Shown: positions 14,191-29,066 of the stretch, piece by piece | How the letters are laid out: every line of letters starts with the position of its first letter | Position numbering within the stretch: the stretch's first letter is position 1 | Assembly (NCBI GenBank): GCA_964247055.1 | Contig: OZ176050.1 | Coordinates: forward strand, 11,532,001-11,596,000 | Source: Paragordius varius | Lineage: Eukaryota > Animalia > Nematomorpha | DNA: 64,000 bases | Reading direction: 5' to 3' | Program-made: the position numbers and the translations under genes | Notes under the pieces: model-generated | The model's input: the letters and a program-made list of their open reading frames with translations, nothing else | Databases searched by the model: none | What the model was told of the DNA's origin: nothing

Positions 14191-16619
14191 AGGGCCGATA
14201 ATATTATTATTATAAATAAAATACTACTTAATTTAGGCAGAATTTTAATTGAAAATATTTTGTTTTTTCATATCAGATTAGTATCGAATTTTACAGTCAG
14301 GCGATTTCGCAAATTTTTAAAGGATAACTATTTTATGGTCTTTTTTAATTTACGACTATTTTTACTAAATACTGTAGTGCGCAAAAGTATGACACTTTGC
14401 CCGTATACCCTCTAATATCTTTATATTGTCAGGGGTGTAGCTTATATACCAGCGTTCATAAAAAATGGTGTGGTCCTATCAAATATTTCCATATTAATTG
14501 TAATCTAATTTCATCACTTTGCTTTCATTTCTTTGGCTATAGAACATAAATGATTGAATATTAGATCATAATAATCAAATATATTAAAAAATTAAATTTA
14601 AATTAATAACCTTAAACTTTTATCAATACAGTGTGCAGATTGATGGTTAAGGCATATTGTAAATAATAAAAATCCTATAGATTAGTGAAACAATATGTTT
14701 TGTTTAATGTATAACAAGTGACTATAATTGTATCTTTAGTTAAACGCTCTTATACGATGGCCCGAGTCGCAAAAATTATAATTCTATAAAAATAACGGAG
14801 ATTCGATTTTTCGTATAAATGCAATTACTTTGTTTTAGATTAGTTCAGCAAAGGGTTAAACGAGCGGCTGGCAATTTTGTGTAAAAATCCGATAACTATT
14901 ATAATGTATCCGACAGTAAATGCCAAATCAATTTGACACATATTAAAACAATTTAAAATAATTTATAATACCATAATAATTATTCATAACTCAAGCGTTG
15001 TGATTAGTAATATCGTTAAGTAGTATAACATATATTATATTTGTTTAAGTTTTAAATTATTAATTTATAGGAACATTAATTTAAATACTCTTATCTTTTT
15101 TTACCAATATCTAGTAATCCTTCCAGACAGATCTACGCCTCATAAAAACGTACACTATCGACTAAATATATATCTGGACAGGGTTATCTGAGACTTTTCA
15201 CTTTTCGAAGGTGCTCTTTATATAAAAGTCATTTATTGTGTCTGTCCTGTCTTAAGAACTCGTCAATGCATCCTTATGACCGGTTACCCAAAGAATCTTA
15301 CATACCCTAATAAACAATATAAACGATTATATTTTAAATAAAATATTTTATATTTCATTAAGGCATTACTATAAATAACAATATGCAAATGGAGACGATT
15401 CATCATTGAAATAAAAAAAAGCTAAATCGCCACCTATACATATTCATGAATGTTTTTACAGATTAATTACTATGTGGTTTGAAATACGGTTTTTCTAATG
15501 AGTAATTTTATAGAAAAATCGTCTTTATTTCTTGATTTGAAGACTTAACAACAACTTATTATGGAATTGCAAGTTAATAATTTATTTCAAAACCATCATT
15601 TTTTCTATAATATATATAATGAATAAACTGTAATATATGCCAATTATACATAGGAATATATGGTTTTGTTTAGCAATAATTAAGTGATTATTAATCGCCT
15701 ATTTAAAAAAATGATTTAAGTTTTATAACAAATAAATGTAAATTTCAAAAAGACGCGATATATTAATCTAAAATGGTCGTAACAAATAATTTTGAAAATC
15801 CACGGCATAATTAGCCACATTTTTATAACCGCTGGCCATAATTTTGCTAAAACCTTATTTTTAAGCGGTTAAATGAAGTAATACAAGTTACCAGAGGTGT
15901 CCAGTGTGTGTCCCTTTTTGTATTCGCGCGAATAAACATTATATAAAGATAAGATCTATAATTTTCAAAAATATTATTTTTACATTTCTTTAAAATTTAT
16001 CGATAATTTAACATTCGATATGCGCACTGGTTTTTTAAGTCTAAAAATGGGGGCTTTACTGACGATAGGACGCTTGTCAAATGGTGTATATTATCATAGA
16101 TTGTACTGGGTTATATAGCATTGCGTAATTACAGACAAATAGTTGTGTTCAACTATTTCCAGTATTTATATTACTGTGCCCTGATCACAAATCTCAAAAC
16201 AAGTCCCGATGTTAATATAATTGAAAAATATTAAATACTATCAGCCACCTTCTAAGTGCCTATAATAATTATTTTCATTTATAACTTAATATTTAATAAA
16301 TATTATATATGGCTTAGATATTAAAGAAGCCTCCAAAGTTTTTATCATAACATCGTTGGAAGTTTAATATTGGTCGTTTGCCGTTTTGTAAATATTATGT
16401 TACATCATAAATTTAATTAATTATTTAGACATTAATCAATAAAAATTTAATTTAAATAATAAATTTTACTGACAATTTAAATGTTTAGTCGTAAAATTTC
16501 ACCCAAAAGGAAATCACTATACAGAAGAATCAAAGTCTTTAAATCTTTTGGCTGTTGGAAACGGAAAATGTAACCTGGGTTGTCTTAACTAAAAATGTAA
16601 CTTGTCCCTAAAATTTCGG

Positions 16620-17210
16620 ACACGGTACAGAAAGTGTGCAAATGGAACCGCAACCGGGTTAATTCCCTAAATTTAACGTTTTGGAACCGGTTCTTTGTTG
16701 AAACCGGCTTAATTGTGGTTCCAGACTTTTCATGCATTTTTATTATAAACCAAAATATCAACAACTTGAATTTGTCATAGTTTCCCTTTCCCTATGAGAC
16801 CCAATTTATATTTTATGGTTTTTTCACCAGACGTTTATTTTATTAATTAATAAGATAAATGTTTCTAATATATAAATAAAAAAGGTTACGTAATAATATG
16901 TCTGTGGTTTTTAGTTAATGGTAGATAATTATTAAAAAATTGTCAGCATTGTTATTTCATCCCAATCGGATAAGAGAATATAATTATCATATAAACAATA
17001 TTTGATGGTCATTGGATTGACCGGAAAAATGTTAGTACACAATTAAATTTAATAATTTAGACATATTTTATTTTATAAATATATAAACATATAGAAACCA
17101 TTTATTTTGGACTGAACTGGAACCGAGTTGGTTTTAACTCACAGAAACCGGTTCCTGGTAAAATCTCAAGAACCGGGTTCCGGATTCATGTGGTTATCAG
17201 AGCTCTCCTT
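16620..17210. repeat. MITE-like remnant with repeated GGAACCG/CGGTTCC motifs at both ends
   Basis: GAACCG motifs cluster at 16645-16720 and 17110-17190, with related motifs in opposite orientation at ~58080-58265. TIR and TSD not resolved. Confidence 0.4.
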
Positions 17211-17529
17211 TAAAATATCACCCCTCGTAAAAATTTTAATTATACATTTCCTTAATTATAAGGTTACTTTCGCAAAAAATTATGATAATCTTCAGTGACT
17301 TTACCCAAAATTTTAATATTTGTACAAGTTTCAATTACATTTATTTGAAAATTATTATAGCCTACAGACAGTGCCCGAAATCGGGATCATAAAAATATTG
17401 ATACTTATTTTTACAAAAAATATTATAGGATTCTCTCTGTGCTTCTGCTTTTCCGGCTTATCAGTCATTTTACTAAATAATGGCACATTTGCAGCATATG
17501 GAAAATTAATTTTTGATTAGATCCTAAAT

Positions 17530-20500
17530 CAGTGATACTCAAACCGCTGCCCGCGGGCCGCATGCGGCCCTAAGAGTGCTTTAAAATTTCCCTATGACCA
17601 TATTGAACTTATGTTATTTTTTTAACACAAACGAATTTTCAATTATTTTAATATTAATTTATTTTCTTTGGATTTGAATTTTGGTAGTTTTTATTTTTTA
17701 CCCAATTCGAAGTTTAGAAAAATTTCCTTACATTTCAAAATTTTGGCACACGTTGTTTCTGTATTCTATTTCTTCTCTATTTTGAAATTTTTACTGCATT
17801 CCTTTTTTTTATAAGCAAGCCTTTCACCCAAACTTGCATATACATATTCTATTTAATGCTATCCTGCATCATTTTTTATAACTCATACCCATAAAATATT
17901 TTTCAAATAAACATCATTAAATTTCAACTTGTTTTTTTACAGTGTAATTCAAATTATATTCCTATTTTTGGAAAAAATTTACATAATATTTAAACATGAA
18001 TTCAAAGGATGACATCTAATGCTAAAAAACGTAAATTATCCGATGAAAATCGCCCTTTAAAAAAGAATGGGAAGAAAAATTTGTCGTTTAAAATAAAAAT
18101 GTTGTTACCTGCCTTATATGTAAGGACAACATAAAAAAATACAATATTGAAAGAATTTTACAATCCATTTTTCCCTAAAATACCAGAAAATTACGAGGAA
18201 AAACGAAAAATCTAAAAAGATTAAGGAAACCAGAAAGGAAAATCTATTATGTCCATAGCTTTCTCCCAGGAAAAAGTTGTATAATTAGCTTCATATGAAA
18301 TTTGTTATATTTTAGAAGAAAATATGAAACCGTTTACTGATTTTCCAACTAAAAGAATGTCTAATAAATGGTTCCACTTTTTTATTTGATAAATTCCGAT
18401 CAAATCATGAGGAAAATAAAAAAACTGCAACTTTCTGCAACATGTGCTCGACGCATTGAGATATGTCTAAATATAATTTTAACAATACATTATTGGCTTT
18501 TAAAAACGGCAAATTTAATAATGCTATTAATTTTAGTACTGATATTAGTACAACACCTCAATGTGCGCTCTTCGTAAGATTTACGACAACATAATCAACG
18601 ATAAATATTTAAAATTTTTACCAATGAATAATACCACTAGGAAGTGATTTTCTCGAAATAATTAGCACTTTTTCGATAATAATGGTATATCTAGGGTTGG
18701 GCTGACCAAGTCATGACCAGGTCAGTGACTATTTATTTTTTGACCATGGTCATTTCAGCTGATTTTGAAAAATTGCTGGTAATTTTTTTTGGAAGAAAAA
18801 TAGTAAGTAATATATTTTAAAAAAAATATATAAATATTTAAATTTGCTTATTTAAATTTAAAATGTTAAACATGTATCCTTAATACATTAGCATTTAAGC
18901 ATATCCAGTTATTTTGAAAAAGAAAACAATCCAACTTTTTATAAAATATTCAATTATTCCATATATGTAAACTAATAAAATGAAAAAACATATTATAATT
19001 GGAAGTTTCAATGATCAAAGAAAGTGTAAAATAAACAGGAAAAATTTTATTTGAAATATCCAGTATTAAAAGCGAGGTATTTGAAAATTCAGAAGTAATT
19101 TCATAATCCAATATCGCATGGTATTTACTTAGGTAAAGTGGTCATGAGACCATGGTCTGACCACGGTCTGACCGGACTTTTTTGAAAAAGCAGTCAAATG
19201 CACAACCCTAGGTATATCTGTGAAAAATTGGTTTCGATCTACACAGATGGCTCTCCCTCTATTGAAATAAACAAAGGATTTATTCCTCTTTTGAAAAACA
19301 TATATAATTTACAAAATATTTTATCCTTTCACTGCTTTATTCATCAAACTCGGTTTCGCGTCTAAAAGATTAATCATTAAATTTAGTAATTAACACGGTT
19401 ATGGATATAGTTAACCACATCCGTGGCAGAAAATTTAACCGCCGTAAATCTAAAAACCTTCTGAAAGATATTTACAGTGAGTTTGATGATATTCTTTTGT
19501 AGACAGCTGTATGATGGCTAAGCCCTATCAAAGCATTAAATATTTTTGTTTTAAGACATGAAATTGTATAATTTTAAGATAACAAAAGGTTTGAATAAAA
19601 AATTAATACTGTGAAATGGTGGGTTTTCTTAGCCTACCTCTGCGACATTAGTTATAATTAGTATTTTTAATACAAGTCTTCAAGGGAGCAAACTAATAAC
19701 CCAATTTGCTAATCAAATATTACTTTTAAAGAAAAATTAATACTATTATATAAAGAGATATCATAAATAAAACACTCCTATATTTTACAACACTTATAAC
19801 GATTCACATAGAAAATATGGAATTTACCGCGGAGATAAATTTAATAACAGACATCATTTAACATTTTTATTTAATGAGATGAAATTCAGATTTTATGATT
19901 TAAGAAATATTGAAAATTACTTAAAACTCGTTGAAAATCCATGGCACATGGATATATCCAATATCAAGCAACTTGAGCATTTCGGTTTTGATCAGGCACA
20001 TATCATTAAAGAATTCGTAGATTTTAAAAAGGATTCCGATTTGGAGGTTATATTCAATTAGAATCGTATAGAGAAAGATTATACAGTTTTGGCAAGATGT
20101 GCTAAATAAATATGAAATATAAAAAATGTGCTCAAGTTATCCTAACTGTTTTTCCCTCAACTTACACGCGTATGACGATATTCAAAAATGAAGTATGTTA
20201 AGAATACATACAGATATCGCTTAACCGATGATTATTTGGACGACGTAATAAGATTGGCCTGTCAGGAGGCGAAACCAAATTTGTCAAAAATTATTGGTTA
20301 ATATAAAAACAAATGTTGTAAAATAGTTTAATTTCTTAAACTAAATAATGAAAAACGAGTTTTTGCTAGATTTGCATGCGATCCGCAAAAATTTATTGCG
20401 CTATTTTAGAGTATAAATATGTGCATATATGTGAAATCACTATGGAATATTTGCAATTATAAGGTTTATGGCCCTTGAAAAAAATATATATTTAATCTGG

Positions 20501-20530
20501 CCCGTCAAATTTTTTTGGTGAGTAACACTG
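17530..20530 (+). mobile_element. Decayed hAT DNA transposon, second copy of the 7708 family, with a nested insertion
   Basis: TIRs CAGTGATACTCA / TGAGTAACACTG and a perfect TSD TCCTAAAT (17522-17529, 20531-20538). Colinear with 7708-9859. Motifs TDGSPS, HCFIH and AVxWL. Confidence 0.92.
18692..19210. mobile_element. hAT-type MITE nested in the 17530 element
   Basis: TIR TAGGGTTG ... CAACCCTA with 8-bp TSD GGTATATC (18684-18691, 19211-19218). Absent at the equivalent site of the 7708 copy. Repeated TGACC subterminal motifs. Confidence 0.88.
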
Positions 20531-20665
20531 TCCTAAATGGTCGCGCCAAATCATTATATTGTTAAAATGACGACAAAAATACAATATGTTTTCAGAATTT
20601 GGCTAAATTTATAATAGAATCTACATATTTCAAAAATAACGTTTATATTTTCAATTTATTTTTAC

Positions 20666-21070
20666 TACTTGGATACAACACATTCATTTCAGTCATCCAA
20701 TTCAAATTGGGGTCTTTCGGGTTCTCAGGCGTATTTATAATAAAATATTTGTTATATATGAAACAAATCTAAGCCAATGCAAAATTTTGCACTTTAATTA
20801 TTACCTAAATATAATAAGATTTATTTAAAAAACTTGATATTACATATTTTATTGATAAAGCTCAAGAAAATTAAGTCAACATGACATGTGGGACCCTAAA
20901 TATAAAAATGCAACATATACCACTTTTTCTGCCGATGTCAATGTTAGTTGTTATTTAAATAAAAATCCTTTTTAGGGTCAGATCAAAACAAGATTGGTTG
21001 ATAAAAATTGAAATATAAATTGTAACTAAATTTTATTTAGATTTTTTGGCTTTATTATATATTTTTTATT
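20666..21070 (+). mobile_element. Degenerate fragment of the 11823 piggyBac-like MITE family
   Basis: Shares cttggatacaacacattcattt, aagccaa..aaattttgcactt, atgacatgtg and ttttatttaga..ttttggc with 11823-12393. Confidence 0.6.
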
Positions 21071-21654
21071 GGAATAAAAGGAAAAAATTAATTGTTACTA
21101 TATCTTTTATCAGTTATGGAACCGTAAAATAAAAAAATGATTGGTGATAAGAATTTATTACATAGCAAATTGCGACATTAAAAATATTATATTTGAAATT
21201 ATGGATGCTAATGTGGGATTTTTGTACCCAAAGTATTTTGAGGCTTACATATATTTTTAATATAAAAGTAGGAAATTTTATACCTGCGATGCTGCTAAAG
21301 ATACCTATCAGTTCAAAATTTTAATGATGTTTTCCAAAATATTTTGTCAAAAAAATCAAATAATTTTATTGAAAAAAATTCCAATGATATTTTTTATAAA
21401 AGTATGCTTAAAATATTAAAGGAATTTTAGATAATAACGATCTTGATATTAGAAACTCAAATTTTTCCCGCACCCTATCGGATCCTTTACATTTGTTATG
21501 CAGACGAACAAATTCATTCCAATTTAATTTGTTATTAGCTATTAAATATTTACACTATATTCTCCCATATATTTTTAACATCTGACTAAATTTACATCTG
21601 TTTTGTGGATAATAAAAATCAAGGTAATTTTACCTTTACTATGAAAACGTGAAA

Positions 21655-23365
21655 ATGCATTATTTAATATATGGTATATTTTTGGCCATATATTATGTAA
21701 ACGCCCAAGAATCTTACGTACCCGAAATGTTTGGGTATGTTGGAGATCCCTACATCCTTGTCTGTAATATCGCTATGGAGAAATTTGATAATTCTACGGT
21801 AAGAATTTTTTTATCCTATATTATAGTCATATTGGACTTTCAATGACACAAACATTCCATTCAACTCCACAAAATATGGATTGGAGTTTGAAGAAAGTAT
21901 ATTCACTAAAACTATTCTGTTGAATTTTTTTATATTTTCTAGATATTGTATTGTATTGCAAAATATTATTATATTATTGTAAAAATAGTCGCATAAACAT
22001 AATTATTAGTTGATTATATTAAAACCAAAAACTCTAACCCGACCTGTTTTTTAATTTTTTTGTTTGAATATTTCAATTTAAGATAGTTTCATAAATTATT
22101 TTTTGAATTACTTTGTTTAGGACCTTTCTTCTCTAAAATTTTACAAATGTTTGGATTTTTACTGGAAATAAAAAATCTCACAAAATCCGATTCTGGTACA
22201 TACACTTGCTTTCATGCCAACAAAACTATAACATCCACAAAACTAACTGTAAATGGTATGTTATTTTATCAAATTAAATTTTAAGATTCAGTTTTTTTTT
22301 AAAAAGTTTTTAGGTCTTTTTAAGGATCATTTGACAAAATACGTTTCTAAATTGGCTATTATATGTGTACACAGGAAAAAGATTATTAATATTTTTTGCA
22401 CTTATGTGCTATATCAAATTATATGTTCCGATATTTAAAACCTTATATGCTACATTTTTATACATATATAACCTGTATTTTATAGCATAATAAAATTTTT
22501 GAAAGCATATAAAATAATTTTTTATTCTTAATTTTATTCCCTAATTACTGACTTAGGTGTGTAAAATTTGTATGTAAATATAATTTTGTTGTTTTTAAAT
22601 AATGCATTTATCACCTTATCTTTGTGACATGAACCTTTATTCAGAAAATGTTAAAAACAATATAAAAAATAAGCAACATCATTGTAGAAAATTAGGAGTT
22701 TCCAAAGAAAATTACTATTTGATATTACAAAAATATTGTTATATATCTTATAAATTTTAGTGTTTATAGATATAAATAATATAAACACCGGTAAAAATTT
22801 TAATTCTTGCAATATAAGATTTGCAAATACTATGTATGGCCGTTTTAATTGTAAAATGTATTTAATTTGTGTGTAGCTTTAGAAATTATATTTGAGATTA
22901 GATGTAATCCAGTTAATATTAATTGATATTATTATTATTTTGCATTCCTTATACATTTTGAAAAACAAATGTGATTATAAATTGTTTATAGAATCTACAA
23001 AAGTAATTTTTAACCAATTGGTCATTATATTTAAAAAAGATTTAATTCGGGGGATATAATAAGTATTTACCTTTTTAGCTAATAGTTTGAAAAAAAGTGT
23101 TAAAAAGTTGGTAAAATATTTTATTGACAAATTTTACACATAATTTAAATATTTTATAATTTTATGACATCTCGCATAAGAATTCATTTTTTAGATAAAT
23201 CAATATTCAATACATCCGATTTCTCTTATGATGTACCTACGTCTAAACCTGTGACCAATGATAATTTCGCTATAACTCACACAATAAATATAAATGTTAC
23301 CGGTAACATTATAATTTTAAATAATATCCTTAAATTTGTAATATTTGTAGGTATTAAGGTTTTTT

Positions 23366-23398
<33 letters not shown>

Positions 23399-24600
23399 TA
23401 AAAATAATCGTACAATATAAACATGATAATCTAAGTCGGACTATTGTAAAATTATTAATTCTTTCTATTCGTTTTCATTATAATCGTTTTACTTTTATCT
23501 TAAAAAGTTTTAGTTTTTTGGGGGAAAATATGTAATACATTTCATTTTATCTATATATTAGACTGTTGCGGAAATCAATCAGTTCCTGTTGAATGTCATG
23601 ACCCCTGTTTGGGTAAAATGGGCATTCCAGATCACTGTTTAGACCACAAAGATAAAATTGATGCTTGCATTATTAGTATATTTTTTTTGATAAAACATTC
23701 TTACATGAATTTATTAATTGATTTTGAAACAACTTTATTGAGTTAAAGGAGCAAATATGCTGTTTTTGAAAATGATATTTTACATGAATTAAAAATTTAT
23801 ATTAGAGTGTTTAGCCTTATACTTTTTTATGTAGTAAATTGAATTTGTAGTTTTATAAAACTCGAATGTAATACATAAATCTTCACACAATTTTCACATT
23901 TTTTATCAATAATAGCTATGTGATTTATATTCAATAAAGCATAATGGTCTTTGAAAAAGCACAAATCATTATGTATGAGATTTCAAGGTTAATAATTTTT
24001 TGAAACACACTTAACATTGGATAACCATTATATTCCAATTTGAGATATAATGATGTTAAATGTATTATAGGATTTAAAATATTAAAATGAATTAAATAAT
24101 GTCATAACTTAATTCGAAAATAATTGGAAAACATTTTTATAGTCTTAAATTACATAAGGATTATTTTGAATATTATTTTAAGAATGGATTTAAAAAATAT
24201 TACATACATATACTTTTCAAATCTCGAAAATTGTAATATAATTATTGATGTTGGGATTAGTAAATCCTATTTTTGTTTTTATCAATATTGATTTTGGATA
24301 TGTTTGAGGTTTAATAATTTAATATGTTATCATATAATTTTAATAAATATTCTAGAAATTAATATATGGTTAAGGACCTTTCAGACTTTTTATGGTCTTA
24401 TTCCCATTTTGGCGATTTTTAAAACTAAAAATAAGAAATTTTTTCAAAACACTCTTTACACTTTGATTTTATTGATTTATTTTGAATAGACACCACTACA
24501 TACGTAATATATTTTGTTAATGGTTGCCGCATTTTCCCCCTTTAAATATGCTGCTTTTATATCTATATCTAGAAAATAATTAAAAAATCTATCGCTAAGT

Positions 24601-24645
<45 letters not shown>

Positions 24646-27600
24646 ATATACCTAATATTTTGCCCCTCTAAATTTTGTACAATGATATATCCTAATACAT
24701 TTATCTTAATTTAAGTAAAAAACTCTATATTACCAATTTTTTTAGGCATCGAGGTTTCCTCGTTGATATTTAGTTTAGCCAAAAATAGTTTAGGTTATCT
24801 AAAATTTACCACGTTAAGTTATTTTTTCAAATACTGCTTTTTCAATCTAGTATATATATACATACATATATGTATAGCCCTTTCAATATCATTTACCACT
24901 CAGACCAAGATCATCCTATTATTATTATCGAAATATACTTTTTATTAACAAATATATTATAATTCAAGTTTATAAGTTTACTAAGTCCATTTTATCATGC
25001 GAAATCACGTTTATGAAATCCGTAAATTATAAAATTATGATAATATATTGTCATTTAGATGGGAAAGATCATCGTGATTGCTGCAAACGAAGACTTATTA
25101 CTGGGCATTGTTTAGATTTATGTACACATTCTTCATCCGATCAAGCCATGTTGAAATCGTGCAAAGAATACTTATCTGACATTTATCAGTGTATTGAACA
25201 AGGACACTGTACGAATTATTTCTTTATTTAAACTTAAATGCAGAAATTTGGAATAACTTCTTTTGTTTAAAACTCATTTTTCATTTTTTTGCCTTTGATT
25301 TTGGTATATCCATACATAAAAAAAGGATTTTTTGCTTGAAATTATTTGGTTCGGTTTATATTTCAATATTTATCATGCAATTTTTTATTTTTATTTTATT
25401 TTTATTTAAAATTTAAATCATTAGCCAATTAACATTAACTGCAAAAATTTATTCTGTCCTACTTTTATTGGTTTTCTCAAAAAATAATTTTATTGTCACA
25501 TAAAGAGTGTAAAAACAACGTTGAATTGTATTAAAAAAAATTGAAATAACACTCTTTTTAATTCTAATATGGTTATAAACCCTTAATGTAAAATATTTTA
25601 GATTTTCTGTATTTTAATTTTTAATTCGGTGTCTCTATGTTTAATTATTATAACAACAATTCTTAAATACGGGTTTATAAATTCTACAATATAATAGAAA
25701 AAGTTACCTTAAGATTTTTTTATCTAATTACCATCATTTCAAGTATTCAATTAGGTGACCCCTATTTATATTTTTATTTTGAATTTTGAATGCCCCTTTT
25801 CTATTAAAAATTTTAATTTTTATAATTATTTATTTTACTCCATCATTTATTTAATTTTACCCATATTTTTAATTTTAATCAAATCGCCTATGCTTTTATA
25901 TTAAAAATATTAAATTTTTATATATTAAATTTATCTGTAATTCATTTTTTAGGTTTAATTGAGTATCCTATCCTTACTTATTGGTAATTTTAACGTAAAC
26001 AATTTATTTTCATATTTTAAGTATCTTATTGCGTATGCTTGTTTATTGTTAAACTTAAAATATATTTCTATATGCTATATTTTTATTCACATTACCATTT
26101 ACAATTCAAATTTAACTTTGAACAATTCAAGTTCACCCTCGAACAATTCAAATTCACCCTAAAAATAAATTATGTCTTTTCGATCTATTATAACTCATCA
26201 TTAAAAAGAAATATATTCTTATGGCATAGTTTATTATTTTTTTAGTATTTATTAAATTTACCCGTAATTTTAGTCTTTAAAAATATAAAAAAATATAGGT
26301 AATTTTTAGTTTTGAAAAATACTTAATTGATTTTAGGGTAAATTTGAATTGTTCAAGGGTGAATTTGAACGGTAAATGGTATACTATAACAAAAAACCTT
26401 TTGTCCTTAAGTTTAATTATTTAATTATTCATCATTTTTAGATATTTTGCCCAGTTCTCCGTTATACGTTAAAGCTAAACCCATAAATTCAACAGCGATC
26501 GAAGTTGCTTGGTCACCCCCAAACTCTAATCCACATCTTGTTAAAAGCTATCGCATAATATATTATAGACTAGTTTTACCTGCCACATATACGCATAATT
26601 TGAATAATGATAACTCAGATACAAAGCTATTAACTAATAAAACAGGTATTTGTTTGTAAATTATTAAAAGATAACCTTATTATTTTTAATAAGCAAGTTA
26701 AACCTATCGGAGTTTGGATAATTACTTAATTGTGGATTATTATTTTTATGTTATCATGAATATCGTTTATTCTTTTAAATTATTTATATTGATAGATTTT
26801 GTAGTTTTTCGCGATGCTATTTGTTACAATAAATTTTATTATACATTATTACATAGTTCGAACTCAAGATACTCATGAGTCAATATTTGGAACAGGAAAT
26901 TCCCCTAGAACGCAAACAATTAATACGGGGCATCATGATGGTTTATCCTATGAAACATTTGATCCAAATAATGCATTGAATAATGAAAAAATTGGCAGCG
27001 CCATAACAACTAGTCTTGCTCCTGTCAAAGTACACGTTTTCCATGATCCAGGTAATTTTTTACATGAAAATTAATATATATTTTTTAATCTTTTTGAAGG
27101 GGTTGAATGTTTGTTTTATATAGAAAATTGGATTCAATAAATTTAATGAAATAGTTTTTTGCAACATACAATATTTTTTAAATGTTAGTGTTTGATTTGG
27201 AAATGTTATTTTTTATTGAAAATTTAAGGCTTGGTATACATTAATATATACTGATTTTAACAATAGATTTTTGCAGCATAAAATATTTTTGAAATGTTTC
27301 TATTCAATTATGAAGATACTAAAAATTAATATGTGTCAATTAATAATATCCATATTATTGTATATCGTGTATCAAAAATCATGATTGTCTACATATTAAA
27401 TAATTTGTTATGAATATTAATATGATTGATAATTTTAGTCAGATACTTATATAATGAAAATATAAAAGTATCAATTATAGGGGAAAAATGCTAAATTACC
27501 ATATTAGTAAATTTTATCATGCAATTATCTATAATAAAGATCATAATTTTAATTTGACTTAATAAATTTTATATTTTTTTATAGATTCAATTATACTGGA

Positions 27601-29035
27601 TGGTGCTGACTCTGCACGTGTGCCTTCTGAAAAAATGTTTATGATTATTCGGAATGAATCATCGGTATATATATATATATATATATATTAACAAAGGTAT
27701 TGCGAATTATATAATTTTATCTAAGCATTATTTTAATTGTTCTAAAAACTTTAGTAGTCAAATAAAATAAATAAATAATTTATATTTTGAATTTATTTAG
27801 GTGTCAGTACCTTCAAATAAATTGGTGCATATATTAGACAATTTAATTCCGTCAAGTTCCTACGAAATCTATGTTCAATCTGTTGGAGAGTAAATATTGC
27901 ATTTATATTATCTTAAAATTTATGAATTCCAAATTGTCAATTGGTTTAATGAGAAAGCCTTATTGGAATATATCTATAAAATTATTTTTTTAATTTTTAA
28001 TTCACATAAGTTTTAGACGAGTTACATGTCATTATTTAAGTTCTTACGTAAAAATAATTTGAAATAATTTTACTTATTGCACATTGTTAGTATTGTGTCA
28101 TAATATCTCGATTGTTTAAATATTCTGTTGAGTTTTCAGCCATAATATAAAGAAGAATTAAGAATTGTTTGGGCAATATAAAGGTAAAATTCTAGTTTTT
28201 TTTTAAATATATAATTTAAAATTTTTTTATATTTATATTAGTCATGGGTCAAGTTTATTCAGTGATGTGGTAGAAATTTATACTAAAAGCGATGAAGTAT
28301 CAGTTAAACCGACCTCAAATATTCAAGAATCTCTTAATTCCATTCAAGGTAAGAATTACTTAATTTTTTTTGAATACATTTTAATCATTTTTGGGCCGAA
28401 TTTTAGATTATGCAAAAAATGGTTTTGATTACATATAATTAATTTAAAATATTAAAATTGAAAAGTATTAGACAATGGCTATAAACACGTTAAAAAGCCG
28501 CATTTTTGATTTTGTTAAATAAATACAAGTGAGCTTTGTTTTTTTAATTTTAGAGTTATCGATTAAACGATGATAACTGTATAAAGGAGCTTTAATGATT
28601 ATTCCTATTTTGGCAATAAATTGCACAAAATGTAACATCTATTTTTAGCAAAAAAAGATAAAAAATGAATTATTGCGCAAAAGGGCGTTAATTTTATTTT
28701 CAAATTAAACCTATAAATGCATGAACAACATACAAAAAAAGAATTTTAAAGAATAAAGTAAAATAAAAACAGCCATACTTTTTAAACATTTGTTTTTTTA
28801 CCTTTTAACGTTTTGTCTGTATTATTTATTTTTTACTGTATTTTTGAATTAGATTGTTGCAAAACTAACCATGTTTCTGATAAATGTTTACCCCTTCTGT
28901 GTCAACCGCATACATTCCGAAGCAATGCTTCTCGCATAATTCTTGAATGCACTGATTATTTTAACACTGCCATGAATTGTATAGTTGGAATAGGTATGCA
29001 TTTTGAACATTTAATATTTTTAGTTTTTTTAGAAA

Positions 29036-29066
<31 letters not shown>

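Noticed and set aside
15230-15310. Minus-strand ILWVTGHKD as an RNase H remnant
   Set aside because: Single weak motif followed by a stop.
23164-23535. 123-aa ORF with a poly-Tyr run
   Set aside because: Only about 23195-23301 looks exonic. The Tyr run is an intronic (TAT)n microsatellite.
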